A stretch of 63,960 nucleotides of DNA, filler included, from Octopus bimaculoides (taxonomy: Eukaryota), in assembly GCF_001194135.2 (NCBI RefSeq). It is 6 parts of 5 records of this genome, joined end to end, with 100 filler letters (N's around TTAATTAATTAA, not from the genome) between each part and the next. Parts side by side here need not be neighbours in the genome. Positions count along the whole stretch, not along the records: positions 1 to 24,240 come from NC_068997.1; 5 more parts are not named here. One strand, 5' to 3'. Both the position numbers and the translations under genes were made by a program. Below the pieces are notes generated by a model. That model did no database searches. It was not told the origin of the DNA and worked only from the letters and a program-made list of their open reading frames with translations. Below, piece after piece: positions 1 to 12,717 of the stretch. How positions within the stretch are numbered: the stretch's first letter is position 1; each line of letters starts with the position of its first letter.

Positions 1-305
1 GTTTCACCGGACGCTGAGGCCATGCTGGTGCACCGACTTTACGGTATCCGGGAATTTTTCCAGTACTGCTTCTGGTGAAGTAGCAAGCTGGACGTTGTCG
101 CTCTTCTTTGTGCCTGCTGCCGCGATGTGTTCATCTGGTATTACAGATATAAAATACTGTCTAGACGTTTTTTGAAGACTTCCATTCTACACCTCGCAGA
201 TTCATAATATTCTGTGGTAGGGCATTAAAAAGTTATCCCTAGCTATTACAACATTGGGTTCGTATCCTCGATGGAGAAGATGGGACCTTTGGTACTGTGC
301 AGTGC
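1..305 (-). pseudogene. 3' end of an L2/CR1-group LINE (ORF2 C-terminus and 3' tail)
   Basis: The minus strand gives frameshifted LPQNIMNLRG..EVFKKRLD..VIPDE..QRRATTSSLLLHQ, followed by the tail GGTGCACCAGCATGGCC..GAAAC. Same family as 43645-43860. Confidence 0.65.
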
Positions 306-494
306 TGTCCAGTTCGGTGATTGTTAGTGAGTGCGAGTTAGAGAGAAAGAGAAAATAGACATAGACTAAAAGAGAGGAACTATTACAGAGGGTGAGAGAG
401 AATATATCTAAGCAAGAGAAACAAAGAATGAGAAAAAGAGAAAGAAGGGAGAAATAAACAGAGAGAGAGAGAGGGAGAGAAAAGAGAAAGAATC

Positions 495-2053
495 GATTGA
501 AACCTGCAGAAGTAAAAGCGGAGAATCGGTTGAAAGCTGCAGTTTTTAGAGAAAAACTTGTGTAAAACCCCTTTTTACCCCAGTTTCTCGATTTACGCAG
601 GAGCTCTGGGCAAAATGTTACAGTGATGCCTATCCTTGGCACAAGGAATGTGTGTGTAAAATTTGATGAAAATCAGTTGAAAACTGTAGAAATGCATTAA
701 CACGTCCTTTGTTTTATATATATCTAGACTAGCAAATGTTGTTTTGGTGGTATTTTTTTTCACCAAATAATTGAACAACCAAGAAGGTTTATGGGTAGCA
801 CGGCAATCTATATTTCCGATTAATCTAGGAACGGAAAATCAGATTGAAGGCTGATTATTGTGGCGGCTGTTGCATTTTAATGATCATACAACATATAAGT
901 TTGAAAGCGATGCAAAGTAGAGCTACTGAAGTGTTTTGGGAGTAGATTACGGATAATGACTACAAAATATAGTTGTTTTACATGAAAGCGAAATATCTTG
1001 TCAGAAGAGCGACATAAATGGTATAATGAAATTGAAGGAAGACGTTGAAGCTGCCTCTCTGCAAGTTTTTTTTGCCACAGCAAAAGGAGCTATTTTTCGG
1101 AGATATAAGCTAAGAAAAGCCCCTTTATTCTGTCTTCCTCCATAGCCTGCGCATAAACTAACAGTGAATGATGCACAAAGTTAAATTGGTATGGAGCTTT
1201 CTGAAAGAAGCGTATAGCTTTCGCTAGTGGAAGCAAAACTCTTATTTGAAGGTTGATATTTTAGAATGAATCATATGTGATTGTTTTAAAGAAGGCTAGA
1301 TTGACAATGCTAAAACGTATTTGAAACAATGGACAACTTTCGAAATATCATAATGGATGGGTAAATAAGAATCCTTAAAATGAAACAACGCACTGGTAGG
1401 TAAACAAAGGCATCGAGAAGTAGAAGAGAGAGAAGGGAACATTACCTTTAAAGTAACTCAGAATAGGTAAAAGTAAGATTGCCAAAGTTTAAATATGGAG
1501 ATTAAGTTTGTTTGGTATTGGATATTCATCGCGTACAGTGTTCCTAGTCAATTTAATCGCCGTGGCTGGTGGACAGTCGAAATAAATAAAAAGACAAAAT
1601 CCCTTCATCTTTATAAAAAGATTAAAGGAAAACTCGACATATAAAAAAACATGTTAATTTACGCTGGAACTTTCGGAAAAAATTTTAGTGCATGACCATC
1701 CTCGGGACATAAGTAATGCATGTGTATAGTTGGGTGAAAATCGGTTGCGAATTATGGAATGTATGCGTTCAATGTTCCTTGTCAATTTAATCACCGTCGC
1801 TGGTGGACATAGGATATAAATAGACAAAATCCTTTCACTTTTATAAAACGATTAGTAAAGTGTGGAAGACCCTACATAGAAAGAACTATGTCCATTTATG
1901 CGGCAGCTTTGGGCAAAATGTTATAGTGCATGACAATTCCTGGGAGATAAGTAATATGTGTATAAAGTTTGGTGAAAATCGGTTGAAAATTGTGGAAATG
2001 TATGCATTTGTCATTACACACACATACTGCTATTTCTTTATAATAGGTAAGGA
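495..2053 (-). mobile_element. Non-autonomous DNA element with ~240-bp internal repeats, possibly Helitron/Helentron-like
   Basis: Tandem units at ~1527-1766 and ~1767-2010 plus a third partial unit at ~590-700, all with (T/G)GTGAAAATC(A/G)GTTG motifs. The minus-strand start TCCTTACCTATTATAAAG is followed by a CA microsatellite. Classification tentative. Confidence 0.35.
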
Positions 2054-2463
2054 AACTAAGGCCGAGTAGAATAAAAGGTTTTTCCCAGATACAATGAATT
2101 GAACTAATTGAACTAATTTTCTATCCGTCAGGTGTCAGACACCTTATTCACGCAGCTAGTTTTGCTTTTACAATTCAAGTAAAGCAGAAAAGAATACGCA
2201 CATGAAAGTCTCTAACCTTGACTATGTTACTTCGCTTATCACAAAATTAGCATTTTATCATAAATTATATGGATCATTTCTTGATTCCTTGCTGTAATCT
2301 GATACTTTAATGTTCTACCTCAATAATTAATATCAAAATTTCAAGCACCAACAGCATAATATTATAAATCAATACGTAATGTTAATACGGAGAAAGGGTA
2401 AGATTAGAACATCTTTTTAAAGAATAGAAAAAGAATTTAACAAAAATGTATCTTGTTACTCAC

Positions 2464-2603
2464 TCTGGTTTTCATGTCTTTTACACAGTTTTGTGGTACA
2501 ATACCAATACTATGACAGTTACTCTTAGATGTCTTGTCAGTTATAGCTTCTTCAACACATTTCTCAACTCCAGTATGTAAATCTTCACTTATGATCCAGA
2601 CAT
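2464..2603 (-). CDS. TRPM: Internal exon of a TRPM-like cation channel (MHR1/2 SLOG domain)
   Basis: Acceptor ttgtttcgcag, donor AGA|gtgagt, 140 nt, phase 1 to 0. Peptide (D)VWIISEDLHTGVEKCVEEAITDKTSKSNCHSIGIVPQNCVKDMKTR resembles the remembered TRPM motif GAWIITGGxHTGVMKxVGEA...IGIxPWG. Family-level call only. Confidence 0.75.
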
Positions 2604-5600
2604 CTGCGAAACAAGTGATCAATAATCATATTCAAATATTGGTTTCTTATTCTAAAATTATACTAGAGTTTTGCAGAAAATACTTTATGGCATTTAATAA
2701 TATTCCTTCAAATAGTGACTTGAGATCACACAAAAGGCTGGAATTTTCTCTTTTTCCATATAATCTTACAGAAATATGACCAGTCGTTAACTGGGGTCGA
2801 TTTAACTATTGATACATTTCTCATTATGGAAGCAAAATACGATGTATTGAATCAATCCAAAATCTACTGTTATCAATGTTTTAATCAATCCTTAAGACAG
2901 ATAGAATAAAATACAACGCTGGCAAAATTGGAATTTGTTACGAAACGAAATAAAAGAATAAATGCTACAATACATTTAGTCCAGCTTTTTCCAGTCGCAT
3001 CATCTACTCCCAGCATATTTTATGTATTCCATATTGCTAACTGGAAATGTGTTGTGCGTTAGAGAAAGAGTTGTCTTAGAAAAAGTGTGACATAGTTTCA
3101 CTTATTGGCTCAAGTCTAGTAATATTCTGGAATAACAGATGAAGGCTACTCTTTCCTTTTCCCAATGCTTCACATAATCTCTACGTGGTCACTTGACCTT
3201 TACAAGGAGCAATTATCATATCTTCTACCATACACATAGACAAGGTAAGATATAATCTTAAACCAATTAATTTAGTGAATCTATACACTTCTTGTGTCAG
3301 TGTTTCTAGATGCTTATTAACTATAGCAGCAGGTATGGCAATGGTACCAATATTGTTGTTGTCATCCTCCTCATCAACTCAATAGTCTTATTATTATTTT
3401 CAGTGCATAACCAAGTATTGCTGTTTGAGTCTTAGACATCGGTATTGTTCATTGCTTTTTCGCTGAGGGTATTCTTTGTAATCACTGAGACATGTGTCGG
3501 ACTCACAATCATGAGGTAGTGGGTTCGATTCCGAAACCGGGATATATGTTTTCTTCTTGAGTAAGACACATTATTTCGCGTTGCTCCAGTTCACCCGGCT
3601 GTAGAAATGAGTTGCGACGTCACGATATTTATTTTCATCCCTTTACATTATGAATATATTTCAGGATATATTTGGATAGTTTCTTCATTTCTTTCAGATA
3701 TATTGATATATTGTCAATCTTTAAAATTACTTTTTCCTTAAAGAAACATAGCTAAAACTGATGGCTTTGACAATAATCCCTGCGTTATTTTCATTAATCT
3801 TCGTGTGGTAAATCAGCATGGTCCTTCTGTCTTTTTGTACCACCTTTTGACTGTGTATATTCTTTAATGCTGGCATAGCCTTCATTGTATGAAACCTGCA
3901 GAATATTCATCCGACAAGAATGGTAGACTGTCACATATGTAATTGAGGAAATTGAAAACTTTTCTGTTACTTAAATTATCGATGTAATTAATCATTTCTT
4001 GTCAAGGTTTCTAAAATCTAAAAACAAGCATGAAAAATAATTCCAATATAATCACCTAATTGTAACATTTGTTTAATAAAGACAACGCAAATGGGAGTGG
4101 ATAATACATTTTAAAAAGCAACAAAAAATCAACAACAAAAAAATTTGATCATATGAGATTTCATTGGCAAAACATATTCCACCCAGTAAACAAATCGCAG
4201 ACTGTTAAAATATATCTAGAAATATTGGAGGGAATGTACAGATGCTTATTATAAATATTAACAATATGACTGAGGGGAAATACCTCTATGAAGTAACTTG
4301 CACACTGAAAACAAATGCAGTAGGATCCAATATGTAATATAGGGAGTCGAAAACCTTTGATTAATATTATCCAACAATAAGCCGAAAAAAACTCCGTTAC
4401 ATGCATATCATGTTCTAAATAAAAAGCAAGATAAATCGAATATAGAGACAATGCACAGATAATGCTTTTCCTCTTTTTAAAAGTTTTTCAAGCAATATTC
4501 AAAGAGAGATGGAAGAGTGCAAGGGGGGACTTTATACTTAAGTAAGCCTGTCAAAGGGACGATCAACTCTGGACTACTGAAAAGTAGATGAGAGTAGCGT
4601 GAATGATGCCAGTGAATGGGTCTGCCCTGAGAATATGCCTCTAATTGGAGATAAGGAAAGAAATAGAAGCCCCTGCCACAAAAGTCAGGATGCCCATGGT
4701 TTTTATAATGTGTTTCCATGAGCAGCCCTTGAACGTCTCCTGACTGTTGAGGATTATACGTTGTTAAATTTATTTCGTTTTCTTCCCATTATGCTAAACC
4801 TGTTTACACATAAGACTCTCACAACGCAGTCATACACATGCAGAAATTCTTTGCTTTGTAATGTACTGTCCATAATGTTTTTCGTAATGCAAACACTTTG
4901 TGATCAATAAAGAAATTATTATCCTCATCACCATCAGTATTATTAATGAGTAAGAGAACAGTGCATGCCATCAAAGTGACATTGCGGTACAAAAATATGA
5001 AACCCAGTATACCCAACATGACTACCCAACTAAAAAGGTTACACTAGGAATATGTACCACAACCATATGTACGCCACAAGGTGATCTCATAACAAGATAA
5101 ACACCTTACAGGTGGGGTCCAGTTGGAATTTTTTTGAGGTCGAGTATCTCGACCCATTCAAAAGGATCCTGAACAAGGTTTGTTTAAGGATGTTTAATGA
5201 AACATTATTGTTGTTGTTGTTGTTGTTGTTGCTGTTGCTGTTGCTGTTGTTGTTATTGTTATTAAATAAAACTTTATACCTTTGTCTCTTGTTGCTTTAA
5301 CCAAGCCACGTCCAAGAGCTTCTTTAGTAAATTGATTCAACTGGAAGTCTTCTTTTCCTCCAATCACAGAAATAAGTAAACTTGGCAATGAGGATATACA
5401 CCATCGATGCATTAACAAGTGAATTATAATTTCCATAGGGGTGTGGTGATTCCTGTAATCAATCTACATGTGAGAAGAAAAATGTATTTAATTAATGTAA
5501 CTTAATGTTGAATCAATGAAATAAAAACATTCAAACACTGGCAGCTTTGTGAATAAATTATATTGTGATGATTTATTGTTTGTATTCATAATATTGGAGA

Positions 5601-5809
5601 ATTATGGTATTAGACATCAAATATTTGAGATGATATGGGTCTGTCCAGTCACAGATGAAATCAGGAAAATTCGAGCAGCAATTTCAAGGATTATCAGATA
5701 TAAATGTTATTGTAATAATCATTTATTATGATACGTTTATTATCTTGTTATATATGTTCAATATTGTAACAGATATGAATATTCCCCTCATACGTAAAGT
5801 TTAGTCATG

Positions 5810-8724
5810 CTTGGTTGCTTCAAGCTCTTGCTTGAAGTGGTTGAGATCCTCCCAGGTAAGTGGTTACAGAGACATCACCATGCAGAGAACCGACCAGGTC
5901 CACTAGTGCTCTCTATCGCTGGTGGTCCCATACCAGCTCCTCAGCATTCTCCACGGTGACATCAAGATTCTAGAGGTATTCCCCAATGACGTCCAGCCGT
6001 ACGGTGCAGGGCCTGCCATGAAGCCTCTCCTTGTCCTTAGCTTCAGCATCGAACGAGAGTAAAGCCCATGTAGGATGATCTAGCAGGAGATGGAGAACAT
6101 GTCCGTATCAGTGTATGCGACAGAGAGCTGTGAAGTGAGAAGTGTGTGTGTGTGTGTGTGTGTGGGGGGCTGATGCATGCGCGCGCGCAATTATCCGTTG
6201 GAAATATGATGGTACCACCTGATGTTCTCAAATGTTTTGCTATTGAAGCCTCCGACCTTCTTTGCCAGGGTCTTTGAGAGGGTCCAGGTTTCTGCTCGCT
6301 AGAGGAGAACGCCAAGGGCCGATGCATTGTAGACGCAGAGTTTCGTCTTCTGAGAGACAGAGCAGTGGCTCCAAAGAGGTTTCACTGTTGATTACTGTGG
6401 AACCCAGGTAGATGAGGGAGCTGACAGATTCCACGACGTTGGGGCCAGTATGGAGAGGGGGAAGTTCCAGGCCACCTCAAACATGCAACAGCTTCGTTTT
6501 CGCCAAACCTATTTGAAAGCAAAGCTTGGCTGATTTTTCTCGTAATACGGTGAGTACGTCTCCTGAGCTGGTCCATTAATTTACTGAATACGGTGGTATC
6601 ATCTGCATACACAAGATTGATAAGGTGGTAGTTCTAGAAGTCACACCAAAGGCTCGCTCACAGACCTTGATAATCGGTAACACAGTTAAAGTATTCAAGG
6701 GTGACCACACAGCCTCGTCTGACCTTATTGCTGATGCGAAACCAGTCAGAATCCTTGCTGTTCGCCCAGATGCAGCTCTTGGCACTGCTACAGAGCTGCT
6801 GGAACAGAGTTGTGATCTTGGGAGAGGCACCGACGAGCTCGAGAATTTTCCACAAGAATGCATAATCGAGCGTGTTTAAAGCCGCCTGGTGATCGATAAA
6901 GGCGATGTAGAAACTCCTGAAATCTTTCAATAATGAGACGAAGGGCAAAACTATGATCTGTGATAGTTCGATTCTGAATGAACCCGGCTTGTTGTGGGTT
7001 GCGTCTACTTCTAATGGCATGAAGAGCACGACTGAGAAATATGTTGGTGAAGAGCTTGCTCGGGATAGGGAGGAGGAGGATGTCCCTGTGGTCACTGCAG
7101 ACGAGTTTGTTGCCCTTTAACTTCTAGAAGAGGAGAATGGGTTCAGTCATTTAGGAGCTGCTCTGACACTCATAATTGTTTGATGATGCAAGTGTATCAC
7201 TGTGTCATGTTTTCTCCGCCCAGCTTCAATATCTCCGCAGTGATAGAGCAGATTCCAAGGCTTTTGGAGATATTGAGCGTCTTTAGGGCTGCAATGACTT
7301 CTTTGAGGGAGACAGGATCGAGTCTACAAGTGTTGTTGGTTGCGTCTGTGACTGCAGTGACGGTTAGGCTGGGATCAATGGGGACAGGCAGGTGATGAAG
7401 AAGAAGGCTGAAATGCTCCTTCCAGAGTTCGGGACAAGCCTTCTCCGTGGTGATGCCTTTGCTATTGGTACCCCTCACCGGGGCTCTCTTAAACTGGGGA
7501 CCGTCACGGGCTCTGTGGTGCAAGTTGAATACCTGACTGATTGTTGTTCTTTGCTGCTGCATGCAGGCGCTCAGTTTTTTTCCACCCAGAACTTCACCCG
7601 GTCGTCTGAGATGGCATTGTTGCATATCCGTTTGAGCCGGTGATACACCTTCATGTTACAACAAAGGCAAACCTTCCAGTGCAGTTTATTATCTCATGCG
7701 CTCACAGTAAAATCCAGTGCCGCTTAGGAAGAGGCCTTGAACTTACCAGGATGTTACATGCATACTTGTTAACACTTGATCTGAAGATCTCCCAGTTACC
7801 AGTCACATTCTCAGCCAGGACACTGAAGTGATTGGTGTTAGAGTACACAAATTTGGAGGTGATATTGGGATCACGGAGACAGGATGAGTTAGGGCGTAGC
7901 TGATATTTGGTGGCAGGGTCGTAACCAGCAATAGATGGTCAGTTTTACTGAGTTGAGCACCTCTGTAGACCCGGCAGTTAGTAACAAATGACCTCCAGTG
8001 GTGGAAGATGATGATATGGTCAATCGACTTCTGGGTGTAACCGTCCGGACTGTACAAATTCCAGTGATGGGTAAGTTTTCGGGGAAACATGTGTCTGCAA
8101 TATAAAGATTGTTGTAACGGCATCGGAACAGAGGCGATTACCATTGTCATTGGTGACTGGGTTGGCAAAAGTTGTACCAATAGGTTGAGTCTGGAGTCGG
8201 TCGGTCGAAAAGAGTGGAGAGCAAATTATCACTCACAGGGTCCCATTCACTGAGTAACTTGCGGACATGCTTGGGAATGGTAAGTGCCACGCTGTAGAGG
8301 TTCGTTGGGTCTTCAGGATCGCTCCAGATAATGTAGTGATCACCTCCATTGAAATTATCATTGCCAGGCCAGTGTGTCACGCTGAGACCGCCAAGGTGAT
8401 ATTGTAGCAGAATAGCTCTTGGGACAGTAGAGTGTCTGACCTGGGACGATGGAGTGACAGGAAATTCCATGTAGCAATACATATTCTGTAGTATAAGTTG
8501 ATTTCTCGTTGGTCGGGAACATGCATGTCCTCCACAGAATAATCAGATGATGGTAGTGAGATCTTAGAAATGAGCCGATTCGCTGTGGGCCGCCGTTAAA
8601 CTGGAACCTCCCCGGAAGACTTGCCAGACTAATACAGCACTACCAGGAGCGAAGCTCCAGACGGTTATGCTCTCTCAGACATAAGGAACACACAAAGTCC
8701 CTCGCCACAAGTGAATTTAGTGAA
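5810..8724 (-). mobile_element. RTE-clade LINE, near full length, decayed (APE endonuclease + RT)
   Basis: Fragmentary ORFs: ...YSPDGYTQKSIDHIII...TDHLLL (APE), FIDHQAALNTLD, YADDTT and YLGS (RT). 10-bp target-site duplication TTTAGTCATG at 5800-5809 and 8725-8734. Many frameshifts. Confidence 0.9.
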
Positions 8725-10024
8725 TTTAGTCATGAATATAAAATTTAGAATTAATAATTTCTCGAGACAATTATTTTCTACATAATACTCTGTTATTCTA
8801 TTCTATATTGTAATATTTATTCCAATAATTCTGCAACAAGAGAATCAAATTCTTATATTGATGAGGTATACAGTTAAGAATAATTAGAATTCAGTTTAGA
8901 TCAACATATTCATTACATCATTACAATAAAATAGACTACTGTCGAAGTGGTAGATACAAAACATAAGTACATGCATGCGTGTGTGCTTGCATGTACATAC
9001 ATACATACATACATACATCATGGTGACCGTTATGGTCAGAACGATACTCGGGACGTGTGTAATTCCTGATCATATGAAGGCAACATAGCAAATATTGGAA
9101 AAGTTAAGCTACAGAGTGCGGTAAGATCACTCAGGATTAATTCTTCGTATGTGTTTTGAATATTACATAATGTTGCATTTCTATATAAATGATACATCTT
9201 AACACAACTTGTAAACACAGCCCTTTAGTGTTACACACATATAAGTCAAGTAACACTTCAACATGTACGTATCAATACAATTGTAGAATTAAAAACAATC
9301 TGAACGATTAATCAAGCCGCGAACAAATTTTAATTTAATCCTGACAAAAAGTTGTCAAAATTTTTAATAAAGATTTTGAAAAACAAATACAAATATCAAT
9401 GAATTAACAAAATCCTCATGGCTAGATGTATAAGTCTCCTTCAACCAAACCGTGACTACAATCACTGTATACAATGGACCTACGATCTGAAGAAAGGTTA
9501 ATATGAAGCATATGTACAATCGGAGCACCAGAAGTTCGCTTTTATGCAAAAGCTAAAAGATTTGTGGAAGTAGGAACTCCCAGTATTAGATTTTTCCTCG
9601 AAAACATTCAAATTCAGCTATAGACCATTGATAAGGTGTTTGCAAATCCAGTACCCAATACACACTTTCAGTTTCATATCCATTATTTTTTTAACCAAGA
9701 GGATACATACCAACCCGTCTGGAGCAAAGTATGGTTGAACTTAAGCTCTCCGGGAAAGAATGTAAATCCTTAATTCACATGTGACAAATAATCACGATAT
9801 CTGAGACTTTAAAAATCTGCATTGAGTTTTGATTTAAAGGATGATGGTTAAAAGAAGATACTTTCCTTCACAACTTTGCTACCAAATCGGTAGATGGTAA
9901 AATTTACTCTAAAATTAGAAAGAGAAAGAGAACATACAAAACCGCGCGCGCATATATACATACATACATACATACATACATACATACATGCATACATACA
10001 TGCATACTTACATACATACATAAA

Positions 10025-10210
10025 TACTGCAGAAGATAATGGTGAACGTCTGCTGACTCTTTCGCCACAACTTTCTCTCACTCTTTCCTCCCACATCTAG
10101 CGGCTCATCTGCTACGGACCGGCGTCCCGTCCAGGCAGGGAACCTATATGCCAGCAAAACCGGGAAACCGGCCATTATGAGCCAGGCATGGCTCGAGAAG
10201 GAACAAACAA
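10025..10210 (+). mobile_element. SINE 3' fragment
   Basis: GC-richer island ending ...gagccaggcatggctcgagaaggaacaaacaac, in the style of other cephalopod SINE tails. Confidence 0.4.
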
Positions 10211-12717
10211 CAATTTTATTATAAAATGAAAAAAATAAATGAATAAATGAGCTATATCTATATATTGTATAGCTAACAAAAAAGAGGTATGAGAATATGT
10301 CAACTATATAGTACGAAGAATATCTGATTATATGAATAGTAAAGTCATGGCTAGTGTTAGGGCAAAATTGGTTTGTTAGTCGAAATTCATGCAAAATAAA
10401 GATATAAAAATAAAGTCTGCAATTGAGCTACTATTCTTGTCAATTTGCCTGAAAATAAAAATAATCTGGATCCTGCTACTCTGAAAATCCAATCATACCA
10501 TATGAAAGCGAAATCCTTTTCAATTTACCCTAAGAAATAATAATCTAAATTCTGCTACTCTTCATAAAGAATTAAAGTTGAAAAGCAAACAAAACAAAAA
10601 CTTCATAAATCTTCAGAAGTTCACACAATTTTGTTCGTCGTAATGATTTGCTTTCGTTTGTTTAATAAAAGTTCCTCATCGTATAATGATTTTGCTTTCA
10701 ATTTGTGATAAACAACTATCATACTGGAAATACCAGCTTCTAAATTCTGTTTTCTGATAAGGTGAAAATGATTAAACTTTAAACCTCAGTAACATTTTTC
10801 TGCAATAAGTATGTATGTGTGTATGTATATCTGTGTGTGTGTATTTCTGTGTTAGTTTTTTTGTTTATGATAGCAAAAAAAGAGTCCACTTGTCATCAAT
10901 CGTTGTCAAACTACCCTCTCTCTCCTTAAAGCTACTTATTCGTTATATTAACCTTTTTTCCCCTTCATGGGCGTTTTAAAAGTTATTTACGTTTATGTNN
11001 NNNNNNNNNNNNNNNNNNNNNNNNNNNNNNNNNNNNNNNNNNNNNNNNNNNNNNNNNNNNNNNNNNNNNNNNNNNNNNNNNNNNNNNNNNNNNNNNNNNN
11101 NNNNNNNNNNNNNNNNNNNNNNNNNNTATATATACGCATATGTGGGCATAGGACGTCACGAAACGTATACAACAAAAAAATATGAAGTACAAGTGCATGG
11201 AACATGAACTATTCTTTCGAACAACGAAAGACACAAATGAAAAACAATGCAAACAACATAAAGAACGACCCCTTATCAGTTGTTGGCTGTTTTTCTAGTC
11301 TCATATACACACACACACAATTGAATAATTAGGAGTCAACTAGGAGGAGTGAAGTTGGATATTTACTTGTAATCAATGCGAATTTTTCCACGCAATGCAG
11401 TTCTCCATTTGCGCAGATATTTGGTTATGCAAGTATTTCCGTGTATTGTCAAATCTGATTGTGTTTCTTCAGGTGGTAAGTAATTAGTGTACCTGTAATC
11501 TCAAAACCGCAGCTTCCAACTCATCTTTTCTGCCTGTCGTGGTGGTATGCTATTAGTATTTACTCACTGTATCAAGATTACAATTATGGCAGAAAGTATG
11601 TTCATAAACTGTTTTAAATGGACAAAGTAGGATGGTAGCAAAACCGATATATATATATATATATANNNNNNNNNNNNNNNNNNNNNNNNNNNNNNNNNNN
11701 NNNNNNNNNNNNNNNNNNNNNNNNNNNNNNNNNNNNNNNNNNNNNNNNNNNNNNNNNNNNNNNNNNNNNNNNNNNNNNNNNNNNNNNNNNNNNNNNNNNN
11801 NNNNNNNNNNNNNNNNNNNNNNNNNNNNNNNNNNNNNNNNNNNNNNNNNNNNNNNNNNNNNNNNNNNNNNNNNNNNNNNNNNNNNNNNNNNNNNNNNNNN
11901 NNNNNNNNNNNNNNNNNNNNNNNNNNNNNNNNNNNNNNNNNNNNNNNNNNNNNNNNNNNNNNNNNNNNNNNNNNNNNNNNNNNNNNNNNNNNNNNNNNNN
12001 NNNNNNNNNNNNNNNNNNNNNNNNNNNNNNNNNNNNNNNNNNNNNNNNNNNNNNNNNNNNNNNNNNNNNNNNNNNNNNNNNNNNNNNNNNNNNNNNNNNN
12101 NNNNNNNNNNNNNNNNNNNNNNNNNNNNNNNNNNNNNNNNNNNNNNNNNNNNNNNNNNNNNNNNNNNNNNNNNNNNNNNNNNNNNNNNNNNNNNNNNNNN
12201 NNNNNNNNNNNNNNNNNNNNNNNNNNNNNNNNNNNNNNNNNNNNNNNNNNNNNNNNNNNNNNNNNNNNNNNNNNNNNNNNNNNNNNNNNNNNNNNNNNNN
12301 NNNNNNNNNNNNNNNNNNNNNNNNNNNNNNNNNNNNNNNNNNNNNNNNNNNNNNNNNNNNNNNNNNNNNNNNNNNNNNNNNNNNNNNNNNNNNNNNNNNN
12401 NNNNNNNNNNNNNNNNNNNNNNNNNNNNNNNNNNNNNNNNNNNNNNNNNNNNNNNNNNNNNNNNNNNNNNNNNNNNNNNNNNNNNNNNNNNNNNNNNNNN
12501 NNNNNNNNNNNNNNNNNNNNNNNNNNNNNNNNNNNNNNNNNNNNNNNNNNNNNNNNNNNNNNNNNNNNNNNNNNNNNNNNNNNNNNNNNNNNNNNNNNNN
12601 NNNNNNNNNNNNNNNNNNNNNNNNNNNNNNNNNNNNNNNNNNNNNNNNNNNNNNNNNNNNNNATATATATATATATATACATACATGAATAAACACATAT
12701 ATGAATATGTATCGATG

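Noticed and set aside
3731-4414. Other minus-strand exon candidates (3845-3896, 4284-4304, and an acceptor at 4414)
   Set aside because: No combination gave both compatible phases and convincing TRPM similarity.
5109-5180. Plus-strand exon-like AG...GT segment (VGSSWNFFEVEYLDPFKRILNK)
   Set aside because: It resembles a retroelement 3' UTR fragment ending in a (TTG)n tail, with no supporting neighbouring exons.
9036-9218. ORF segment NTYEELILSDLTALCSLTFP loosely resembling TRPM DTxPxxLLxLxTxxWxLxxP
   Set aside because: The acceptor phase is wrong, the donor is weak and the key Trp is absent, so it is probably coincidental.
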